In this document: piece by piece, positions 52,485-64,000 of the stretch
Numbering within the stretch: position 1 is the first letter of the stretch
How the letters are laid out: each line of letters opens with the position of its first letter
Assembly (NCBI GenBank): GCA_023231475.1
Contig: JALJEE010002733.1
Span: 62,001 to 126,000, forward strand
Direction: 5' to 3'
DNA: 64,000 nucleotides
Source: Seison nebaliae
Taxonomy: Eukaryota
Program-made: the position numbers and the translations under genes
Notes under the pieces: model-generated
The model's input: only the letters and a program-made list of their open reading frames with translations
Databases searched by the model: none
What the model was told of the DNA's origin: nothing

Positions 52485-55400
52485 TGATTTTCTCATCCGT
52501 CTTTATCGCATGATCACCGTTTACATTTCGTTTGTATCATGTTCAAATTTCAAACATCTTCAATCAGGATCTAAATTCTAGTAAGAGTCCCATGACAGCG
52601 TCTTAAGTAGAATCAGCAACCTGATTGTTTGAAGAATAGTCACTACTGTTTTCCCATTTACGTTAGATGGAAGGAACAGGAAAATTCTTTTTCCTTTGAC
52701 GAAAACCGAGAAGATCAGAGATGTAACAATAACCAATCTCTCGAATTAGAAGTTACTTCGAAATTACATTCTTTAGAATGTACACTTCTTGTTTTTCCCA
52801 TTACATCCAACTTCCAATATCGACTACTGTAATACTAGTACTATTCTCGCTAAATTTTCACTTCCGTTTAAAATTCTATCAATTCCAAATCATTTCCAAA
52901 AAATAAACGTTCTCTCAATTGTTAGGAGGACATTGTGTGGTAGGAATGATATTATAATTATCTTCATGATAGACAATCGACGAAGATGTTGACAATTTAA
53001 AGATTATTTAAATTAAGAAAATTTAAGTGGAAAATTGATTGGGGGAGAACATTCTCTTTTTCTTAATTATAATCTTGATAATCTCATTTTACATCATCAT
53101 TATCAATCGATCATTCTATTCGTTCATTCTCAATCTCCTCATCATCTGAAAAATGGATGATTCGATTTATAACAGACAAATTACCAAGAAAAGAAGAAGT
53201 TTATCGAATAATTTCAACAGTCTTTTTCGTTTAGTCGAAAGTTCGTTGAAAGGGAGTTCGTTTTAATAAAATAGAAAACGGATATTGAAGACAAAATCTA
53301 AGAATTGATTGAATTAATTTGAAATCATTCAAAATTGCTCTCATCACTCATAACGAATATTAAACCGATCGATACATTTCCCAATTACGATCATCTATAA
53401 ATACTTCTCCATATCATATGTATGGAAGAGACGTATTTGGTGAAGAAGTTTGAAAGAATTAATGCAAATTTGATAGATTCGGTTTGAAAATGATTTGACG
53501 TTATATTTCTCGTCTCATGCACTTCTCCCCCAACATGGAAATATAACTAATAACAATTATCATATAAAAGAAGAATGTGTGAAGAGTTTTTTTCATACAT
53601 ATTTTTCATTGAGGAAGACAAATTATGTTATGGAGATGAATCGATATTATCTATTATTTGGCAATCGTTGCCCGATTTGGAGATCTTGATTGGGAAGAGA
53701 ACGTTCTTTCCTCCCTCATCCCTCTTTTCTTTGAATTAGCAATATTTAATGTGTAATATCATCTAATCTAATATTCATCTAATCTATTTCGAATAAACAA
53801 ATTGAAAATGTTTCAATTTTCATATTTCCATTTTTTCTATTCCACCATTCTTCAAATTCTTTCAATCTTCACATTCAAATGGAAAGAAACTTTTAAATAT
53901 ATTTCAAGAAATTATGAAAACTTCAGGTTGAGGAAAGTTTATGGATTATTCGATAGTTTGACAATGAGAATTTGAAAAAGGAGTTCGAAAGAAGAAGTTG
54001 TGCTGAAAAAAAGGAATTTGAATTGATAAGATATCCCCTACCTGACTGATATCTTATATTAACATGTAAAATTGATATGTATATATGTGTTGATAGGAAA
54101 CGAATATGATGATGATGGTGATTATTCTTATCATTCTGATGACTATATAGATGTCTAAATATATTACGTAAATTCTTATTTATCGTCTGTACGATGTAGA
54201 TATAGTATAGAAGAAATCGTTGCTGTTGTTATTGTTGTTGTTGTTGTTTGAAAATGTATACTCATTAATTCGTCAATTATTCATTGCCGAAGTACGTGAG
54301 TAGATAAAAATGGAGAACGATACTTTCTTTCACTATTTTCCTTTCTATCACAACCAACGAGACTAACAATCAACGATGACGACATATTATCAATGAAACG
54401 AAAACATTGACGTTGGAACAACGAAAAATGTGAGAATTCCCTATCGCCAACAATGTACGCTACTTCACTAATAATAGTAGTAAACATCAGTGGTACTATA
54501 CAATTCCTACTACATATACTACATTGTTATGTTTCATCTGTCTTCATATCCGTGTCCTTATAGACTCTTGTTGAAGGCGTGTATATCATCTAAATGCTTT
54601 CCTCCACTTACAAATCGCTGACTAAATGATCGATTGCGTATTAAGAAATTATTCCGCAATTTTCCGGACAACAATTCCTCCATACTATCGACAGATATCT
54701 CCTTCTGCCTCCTTCGTCGTCATCTTCGTTCATTCGGAACCTTCTTTAAAGAAACCTTCTCAGTCATTTGAAAAAAAAACCATTTTTTTTTGGAATATTC
54801 TTTCAGGAATCTTTTTGAATTTTTAAAAACTATCTAAAAAGTTTCTGTGGAAACATTTGCGTCCTATGATCTTTCCATTTCTTGAAGTGTTAATGGAAAT
54901 GTTTCTTATCAAATGGCAGAAATTCCTTGAATTATTCCCCTCTTATTTTTCATTATCAGTTCACGATCATCATCATTCACACAAATATCCTTCTCAATAT
55001 TCTCATTAGAAATTCTGACGCATATTCTCCGATTTTCAGCATATGATGTTTCTTCTTTTCATGGAATATTTGTAAATAAACCAATTCTTTAAACGTTCAA
55101 CGATTGGCATAAAGTTAATCATTTGAATCATATGTAATTTCACATAATCATTCATTGATACATTATCGTCGAGAGAACATTTTTATCAATAAAATATTCG
55201 TCGAAAAAAATCATAACAAGAACGACAGCACATTAATATTTCTTCTGTATTTTTCTTCTTCTTTCTCAGATTTCAATTCAAACTCTTTTCAATTTCTCCC
55301 AAGTTTTCCTTTCGTATAGTTGAAATTCAACTCACAAGTATGAGAGAATTTGACAATTCGATTTTTCCATTTGACTTCACCAATTCGAAAATTGTAAAGG

Positions 55401-55893
55401 AATTAACATTATTTGAATTTGATGATTCAACTTTATATGATAAATATATTCGAATAACAATTAATTGATTTATGGAGAACAACTTAAATTTACAGATAAT
55501 TCGAATATCTTTTTCTTAGAATTTCATATTAATTTATCGCTTATTTTTTCAGAAAAAGAGAATTTGAGTGTTTTTAGTACCATACATATATATGTTGATA
55601 ATAATTGGATAATTATTCAGTTCTTCTTCAGTAATCATCTGACACAAACGTTCATCAACTGAACCGTTCATCAGAAGTATCGACATTAAAAAAATCTTCT
55701 TCTTATCATTACTCATATTGCCGTTATTGTTCAATGTTATTGATGATGTTTGAAATGATTATTCTCTATTCTCGGATGCTGAAAGAAATTATTGAAATAT
55801 TCTCCAAAAGAAGAATTACCTCTTCTTCTTTCCTTTCTTCTAAAAAAAGGCGAAAGAGTTTTTATGAAATTCTCATTTTTTATGCACAACATT

Positions 55894-55907
55894 GTTGCCA
55901 TGGCAAC
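55894..55907. promoter_or_regulatory. RFX X-box (perfect palindrome)
   Basis: GTTGCCATGGCAAC is the optimal RFX site and lies about 3.5 kb upstream of the neurexin-like CDS. Confidence 0.6.
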
Positions 55908-58900
55908 TTGACGTAAGCGATGTATCTTTAATTGTCTTCATTTTTATTACTTCCTACGACTATGTGCTTCAATTAAGAGATGTCACATATATTCTTCCAA
56001 GTAATTTCGGGTAGAATGGAGAAGAGAAATGAGAGAAATGGAGATACAGCTAATCAATGATAACTTATTATCAATAGTTTCATTAACGTTTAAATATAAG
56101 TTCTATCTGACAAGCTGAGATCTTCACCTTCTTTTTCTTCCATTGAATTCCTCAACAAATTTCACTCCTTCATTGTGAAAGTTTAACATGTATGGCACAT
56201 TGCAAATTGCCGCGGCAAATTCAAGTACGTAACTTCAAAGTTGAATTATATTTATTTAGGCGCTCCACATAGCTTCCTATTTCTTCTGTTTCTTCTTCTA
56301 TTTATCCACTAACTCAACAAAACACTTCCTCCCATTTCGTACATGAATAATAAATAATCTAATCATTATTCTTCTATTCCACAATTAGCAAACGCTAATT
56401 ATTGCGATTAAATCAAGTCATTAATCTCGAAAAATTATTTTTCGAAATCGATTTCTTTCAATACTGTTCGAACGAACCAATTATCCGAATCATAACTCTT
56501 CATATCAACTAACATTATTATAACATTTGAAGAATGATATTAAAATCGATAATCGGCTGTTTACCTTCTTCGGCAAATCTAATAGTGTAATTGGAACGTT
56601 TAAAGGAAATCTTTTGCACTTTTGGATTAGGAACGTTAACCTTCGATTAAAAGTTTTGTTTATATGGGAGCCATGGTTCGGAGGTTAAACGGTTTGCGGA
56701 ATCGTTTATGTATTATTGACGTGAAAATCGTTAATGAAAGGGAGAAAGTGGCAAACGTTATACTTCCGCCATTAACCGAAAATGGCATCGTGTGTTAATG
56801 TCTCTGTTTTGTTCATGGCAGTTTCCTCTCTCGTTTGATAAAGAAGTTATTTAAATATCTATTCCCGTTCCATATCATTATTTATTGAACACACACATAC
56901 ACGTAGACATTAACCATATTAACCATCTAACAGATTTATTGCGTTGCAGTTACCAGCATCTGAATTTCATTAAGTAACAACTCAGTTTTAGTCTAAAATA
57001 ATTGGTGATGATAGGAGAATGTGAACGGATTTGAACATCGGCGTAATAATTTCTTCCGGGCAGTATAATAATTTGTTGTATTGCCATAAAAACAATTTAT
57101 AAAAAGAGAATTAGCAGCAAAAGAAGAAAATCTTCTTGATATTGATCAAAATTAGATGAGTTTTCTATAAATTCTTTCCTCTCCTATTTCAATCTCGATC
57201 CTACATAAAACTTTCTCTATTTCTTTCTCAAAACATAATTCTTTCGTTGACTCCCGACAACTGTTTTTTGAATTATAGTGAATTAATTCAAGTGTTCCAG
57301 AATGCACACAAATTTCTTCCAATCCTTTTTCCTACGTGTCCCTTATTCTGGTACATACACAAAATTCCTTAATGTTCAGTTCTTTCAATCATCGTTAATT
57401 ATCTTAATGTTCTCTAACAAATCACTTTTTTCACGATCTCAAATAAATCGAATAATTCATAGAATTTCCATTAGAAACATTTCTCGATAATTTGAAAAAA
57501 GTCCTCAAAATTTTCACCTAAAATAGATTCGAAATATTTTAAGTTTTAAAAAAAATTTAATTTATTCGAGTTAAATTATTGAGGATGTGGTGAAACTTCT
57601 TGAGAAATCCGGAAACATCTTTAATATTTCCTGGTAAACTTTTCGAAGAGAAATAATTTTCTTTAAAGAATTTTTTTCGTCTCTAATCCAATAATGTTAG
57701 ATTATGATTAATAATGGTTGAAATGGAATGTTTGTTCAATTTACGATGAGTCAGAAATATTAGCTGAATTAAGAAAAATTGTAATATATGGTGAATGGAT
57801 TGCTCTTCATCTCCGGGAAGAAATTATTCTTTAAATCAGAGGAATGAATGATTCATTTAATTCTCCTCTATATATATATACACGGAGATCCGACGAAAAT
57901 AGAGAAGATAACTGAAGAAATTCAAAGAAACATTTGTTTCTAATTTTTTTTCTTTTCGACTTTCCGCCTATTCAATTCATTCATTCATTTTAACTATCCT
58001 AGATTTCCGTCAAATATCATCTGAAACTTTTCTTTTTCGATATGATTTTTATTTACGTTTCAACTATAAATATCAATGGAGGTAACGACGAATTGAGTTG
58101 ATAGAAAAAGAAGTGAAATGTTTATCAAAAATGAATGAGATCGATATGAAGAAACAGTGTCTGGTAGTGCAACAATTAGTTGGAGGTGAATGGCAATAAA
58201 GAATGTCAGTCGTTATAATTATATTTCTCATCATTATTTTGATAGATTGTTATTATTTTTCTCCGTCGATCAGCTAGTGAGAAGTTAAGTTTTGAGGAGA
58301 GCAAGAATATTTGATGCGCGTTTATATGATGGAAGAAGAAAAATGGATGATAATGATGATTCCCATTAAAATGAATTCGTTTTATTTATGATGATGATGA
58401 TCATTATGATCGTGCTCATCGTAGAGAAAAGGAGAATAAAAAAAATTTTTTCATTCATTATTCTTCCTCGTGGGTTGCTCTTCCTCCCTTCATTATTTTC
58501 TTACAACATTTCTTTGGCTGCACAAAAGTTGCATGTCCAAATCCTAATCATTCACATACATACATACATCTGCTTATTTTTCTACTTCTTGTTTTTCCCA
58601 TTTTCGTTATTTCTTTTTCTGCTATCGACGTTTATAAGAAGTTTTCGTAAGAATAATTCATCTTCTTTTCTTATACAAATGATTCGATGGGTGGAAAGAT
58701 TAGTAGGGAGAATGATGATGTAATGTTGTTCCATTAGATCTTATAAAAAATTAATTTCTTTAATTATTCCAATGGAATTCTACACTGCAACTATCCATCC
58801 GTCTGTCGATCGTTGTATTAGAGACAGATGCTGCTATTGTAACCTGATAACACCAGAGATCTATCTACTCCAAACCTAGCTGTTGACCTGAAAGTAAGTG

Positions 58901-59429
58901 CATCTGCTGGATTCATTTAACTGCATATTCCATCTAACGATTCGCCATGTTCTGCTGTGAATGACTGCTACTTCTTCCATCTTAATCTACATCAACATGA
59001 GGATGAGCATTTCGATTACGAATAAAAGTCATATTAAGAGGAAAATATTTGAATTTCTCATTGGAAATTATTTTCTTATGATCGTCGAAAATTCGACATA
59101 TGATTATTGTATTAATTTTATTCTTCATCAAGTCATTTCTATCATTCAATCGTCTCACCTTTTCTATTGAAAAGAATTAAAGAGATATTTAATAATTTCT
59201 TTTTTGTTCTTGAGCAGATTTCAGGTGATGCTATGATTCCCATATGAATGTGAACGTTCATATAATTCAGATAAGTAGCATCAGTTTCGAAAAAACGAAG
59301 AAAATTATTGAACAGTGATAAATCGGTTGTTCGAGATAGAAGAGAGTGATTGAATCAAAACAAATAAACGTTATTGAGAAGAGCAAGAATTATTTTGACA
59401 AAATATTTCTTCGCCTTTCAAAAGAAAAG

Positions 59430-62400
59430 ATGATAACTAAAAGACGAAGTCTATTCTCTCATTCGTTGGAAAGAATGAGGAGAAACATTTCATTATCATT
59501 TACCCGGTTCCAACACAATGTCTTTTTATTAAATTATTTCCAATTAACTCTACTCACTCTACTCCTATGTGTGACGAGAACGAATTCGCTCATTATCGAT
59601 AACTCGATGACTTCCAAATCACATGTTATATTCAATCGAGTAAATTTATGTCAGAACGGTTCGATCTCATTCGAATTTAAGACATCGCAACCAAACGGAA
59701 TTTTATTGTACATGGACGACGGTGGACTAACTGATTATCTTTTAGTCTCTCTAGTTGGTTCTCGTGCACGACTTCGATTGAATTACGTTACACCAGGACA
59801 AGAATCTGCCTCGACATACATTGGGAAGGATCTCTCCAACAATCAATGGCATTCAGTCAGCATATTGAGAAGAGGGCCGGAAACAATTCTACGCCTCGAT
59901 GGTGTTGCAGCCATTGTACGGCAAACAGGTGAAGGTAACGACGATATTTTGTTGGGGAATCATACGAATAATTCACCAATCTATCTCTTCGGTATTCCCA
60001 CACATTTATCTACACCATTTTATTCGACATCGATGACCAAACTCTCATTACCTGACGCACTCAGTGAACCGAGTATCAACGGAGAAATAAGAAATTATCG
60101 TACAAGTGAATGTGGTTGTCCGTCCATCGTTCATAATCGACCAAGTGGTGGTGAAAATTATCGACTGAATACGAAATGTGAATTAAACGCTGATAGTATT
60201 TGTAAAGATCATTGTAGTTGTATTGATACTCTATCTGATCAATCGCCAACTCAATATAAATGTGATTGTGACATCAAAATATGTAAAAAAGGTTCCCTAA
60301 TCTCTTTCCTTTCTGTTTATCTTTCATTTGATAATTAATAGTCGACGCAACTATAGAACGACTAGTGGTACCATTTGATGCCATCATTGACAAACGTATT
60401 CCAGCCTCACCACAACTACGAGTGATCGTCTCACAAGATGCGAAAATTCAGACAGGTTTTTTTATTAATCAATTAATAGACAAATTTAATCAATAATAAT
60501 TGATTGATATCGATCAATTGATAATTGATGGATAAAATTAAAAATTATTTATTTATCTATCGATTTCTATCGAATTCTATTCGTAAACAAATTTATTATA
60601 TTCTTCATTTATATTTTTTATATCAGCTGCCAATAATAACGACCTGAATAGTACAGGTAAATTGAGATATTACACGAATTATAGTGAACCTTGAAAGCGG
60701 AAATTCTTTCTTTGTTTCTAAACATGATTATCTATGTCCTCTAGTGCTTATAATTTTATTGAATGATAATATTAATGATAAAAGTTATCATTCTTATTTT
60801 CATTGAATTCATGTCCATCAAATATCTTTTTATCAAACTTTTTCCATTCAAATTAACAGAATAATATGGTAATATTATTCCATATTAGTTATCGTGTTTG
60901 GAAGAAAGTAGAAAATGATAATAAATATTTGATTGAAATTTCTAAAAAAATGAAAAAATATGAATATCGGACCTATATTTATTGATAATTGGGCGAGTTG
61001 TCCCCCCAAGAAAATTATCATGAATTTTAGGTTTCTTTTTCCAATCAAATCTAATACTTGTCAACCGAATATATGAATCATATTGATGATATGTATCTTA
61101 TATTCAAAGTCTTCCTCCTATTATTATACCTTCTCAATCATTTCACCTTTCCATTGTTTATTGTTGTATAAATTCTCCTTATTCTTCTAATTAAACAAGT
61201 CTACGATGATTTTTCTCCTTATTTTTTATTCTGTTAACATCTTTCCAAAAACTTCTAATTAATTATCACATGTTCAAATCATTCATTTCCTTTTTCAATT
61301 TCTTATTCCATTTTAGGCGTTATCGGTAATGCACTTTATTTGCCAGGAGTATCATCATTCGTTCGCATTTCACCCGGAGTTAGTGGAAAGGCCAGTCCCA
61401 CATGTTTCTGGAGATTATCCACTTGTACTAATGGCTTCACATTGTCGATGTATGTTTTCATTCGAGGCAATTTACCCGAAGATCGAGAAACATCATTATT
61501 AGAACCTTCACCAGCTAATGGTGCAGGATTGAGAATAATTGCAGATAGGGGTGGAAATAATTTACGAGTTACTTATACGGATGTTGATGGTAAACAATGG
61601 TTCACTGAAGGACGATTGAGAAGACGAGTATTACAACATATAGCCATTACTTGGGATCCAACAGGTGGTGAATTGGAGAGTGTTGCCAATGACAATTCCA
61701 ACAGTATGAAATCGTTAGGAGCATTAACATTAGCGATTAACGGTGAATTACGACAAGTATCTCGTCAACCAACTGGATCAATTCAAACACCGAAACATAA
61801 TCAAGATCTCATCGAATATTATACGGTACAACCGAGTGTCAGTAGTATTTTAGATGAGTTAATGTTTGAGAATCGTTATCAAGATACGGCAACATTACAA
61901 AAAATTTCTAGAGGATTTCGAACTTATACAATTCGTTTTCCGGTCGATTCCCACCCGGTTGTCGGTTTTCAAATAAACGTTGTCGGTCGCACCATTCACG
62001 TGTCCAATAAAGGAATGATGGCAACATTATTTCGCCCTTTAAAATTTGAGAATTTACAAATCGAATCGAATCACAAAGATAAGGAATGTTTCTTTTCTCT
62101 CCAAAAATGTCCACAAGGCTTTACTATGTCATGGTGGATGAGAGTGGACGAACCGACAGTACCCAGAAATATCATACAATCACGTGACATTAGTGTTCGA
62201 TTAGAAAATGAGAAATTGGTGTTTACTCTCATCAATCAGACAACGGTATCGACAGCTAATCGTTATCATATAACGTTAAGTCGCGGAGTTGTTAGACCGA
62301 AAGTTTGGCAACTTTGGGAATTCTCTATCAGTCCCGAACATGGACTGAATGTTTATTGTGATCTTGATTTGTTTGCAAGGAATGATAAACCGAAAAGAAT

Positions 62401-64000
62401 TCAACGAAAGATGGCACAAGGACAACCGTTTATGTTCAATTACAATCCGAAAGGTTTCCATCTCTCATCAGGCACATTATTACCACCTGGATTACGTGAT
62501 GGTGAATCTGATGATGATTATGAACTTCATGCCTATTCCGAAGATTACAGTAGTGAAATTGACGAGAATTTTAGTGAGAAAGATGTTGGCAATATGTATT
62601 TGGGCGACATCATCTTCTCATATGCTGATAAGACACGTTTGTCTGCTTTTGGGGCTGCACCTTATCCTTGTCGATCTTATTTATGGTCTGATCTAATAGC
62701 GTTAAAAGCACCAGATTATGCGACTACATCAGATTGGTCAGCCAAGTGGCCAACGCAGTACCGAAATGGTGGGAAGACGAATCGAGCTTTCCATATTAAT
62801 AAGAAAACCGGACCGGTAATGATTGACAGTTCATATGATGTTCACATCACCAGATTGACCGATTCACCTCGAGGATTCTATTTGTCATTTTGGTTAATGT
62901 TAGATAATATCGATAGGAGAACAGTAGTTCTTCAATCTCCAAATATCTTAATTTCTCATGGTGGATCCAACGATGCCGCTCTAGAAGTACAAGTACAAGA
63001 TGCTGATAATCTTTATCATGGAAAAATATTCAATGTGGATTTAGGTAAATGGTATTTCATTGAAATTGAATGGCGACCATCCGATATTAATGGAGGATTA
63101 AGATGTTATAAAAATAAAGGTTTGATGGTCGAACATAAACGTGCAATTCAAGTGAAGACAAGTTTAGATTCGAAATATTTCATTATCGGAGATGATTTCA
63201 ATCTTCAATCGGTCTTTCCTCCTTTTCAATCTGGCTCACAGAAATTGTATGCGGATGATGCATCAAATCCTGAAATATTCGTCGACGATTTAAATATTTA
63301 TTTAACTGATCGAGACACTCTAATAAAATATGGGGAAATTCAGGGTAGCGAAGTAGCTAGTATTACAGTTAAGCGAGAAGCTGATGATCCTTATCTAAAA
63401 GTTGATCCAACTAAAAAAGAAACTAATATGGAAAACTTTATTACCGTTCCTATTGGTGATTTATTGCAACAAGGATTGACGGGAGTTTATGGCTTTACAT
63501 TACAATTCGGTTTACGTTTCCATCGTGATGCTTTTATTGGAAATAAATTACGACCAAAATCGGTTATTATGCATGGTGATGGTTTAATTGTCCATACAGA
63601 TGAAGATGGATCAGCTATTGTTGTTGATTATAAATCGAGAAAGAAGAAAAATCAATGGATCACAAGTACTGATCGATCACGATTTAATATTCAACCGGAT
63701 ACATGGTATTCGTTCGATATCACTTGGGATCCAAGAAGAGTAAAAAATGCCTTGCAAATATTGATAAATAATGAGCATTTAGTTTCAAGAGAATCTATAA
63801 AGAAAGTTGCGGAAGTGCCGGAGAATATTCCAAATTCAGAATTTCTTTATCTTGGCCGATCACCTGATTTCCAACGACAAGACTTGTCTCATTCAATTCC
63901 ATTCGATGCTTATATGTTGACACTTATTCAAAGTTGTCGTCAAAATCTTATGGATTTCGGTATGTTAACACCGAATCTTCACGTACCAGCTGATGCTAAA
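59430..64000 (+). CDS. Giant neurexin-like secreted/membrane protein: signal peptide, neurexin-type LamG, EGF-like Cys cluster, then at least 4 concanavalin/LamG_3-like repeats; 3' end outside window
   Basis: Exons 59430 (or 59475)-60291, 60342-60455, an optional 60627-60656, and 61317->64000. The last is a stop-free frame of about 894 codons that the track omits. The first domain SISFEFKTSQPNGILLYMDDGGLTDYL..NQWHSVSILR resembles neurexin LNS1. The repeats carry CxxGFTxSxW/Y and W..I.WxP motifs. Confidence 0.88.

Noticed and set aside
37673..59170. Numerous 60-157 aa ORFs in the gene desert
   Set aside because: Composition is typical of random AT-rich DNA, many have non-ATG starts, and no family motifs were seen.

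Overview
AT-rich eukaryotic genomic DNA from an invertebrate animal with a compact genome. A spiralian origin is my inference from the gene content and is unverified. The standard genetic code fits. I assembled 12 protein genes by hand, most of them split by very short introns that the ORF track misses: a dual-specificity phosphatase (cut by the left edge), a tail-anchored coiled-coil protein, a NALCN auxiliary factor (FAM155/NLF-1 family), an intronless PRP8, a divergent LAMTOR2/Roadblock protein, a hidden 5-exon orphan gene with an RFX X-box, MTHFR, a Zc3h12a-type NYN RNase, a CNBD2-like protein, an SLC16/MCT transporter, an SLC35A nucleotide-sugar transporter, and a giant neurexin-like LamG protein that runs off the right edge. 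Genes are tightly packed at 13.6-34.6 kb, while about 7.8 kb and 24.8 kb of non-coding DNA lie upstream of the two neuronal genes. The most striking signal is the splicing code. Of 33 inferred introns, 30 start GTT rather than GTR, 24 are 40-57 nt long, and many donors could pair only about 3 bp with a standard U1 snRNA. The PRP8 in the same window has changes at normally invariant positions. All exon models and homology calls come from manual reading and remembered motifs, not from searches.
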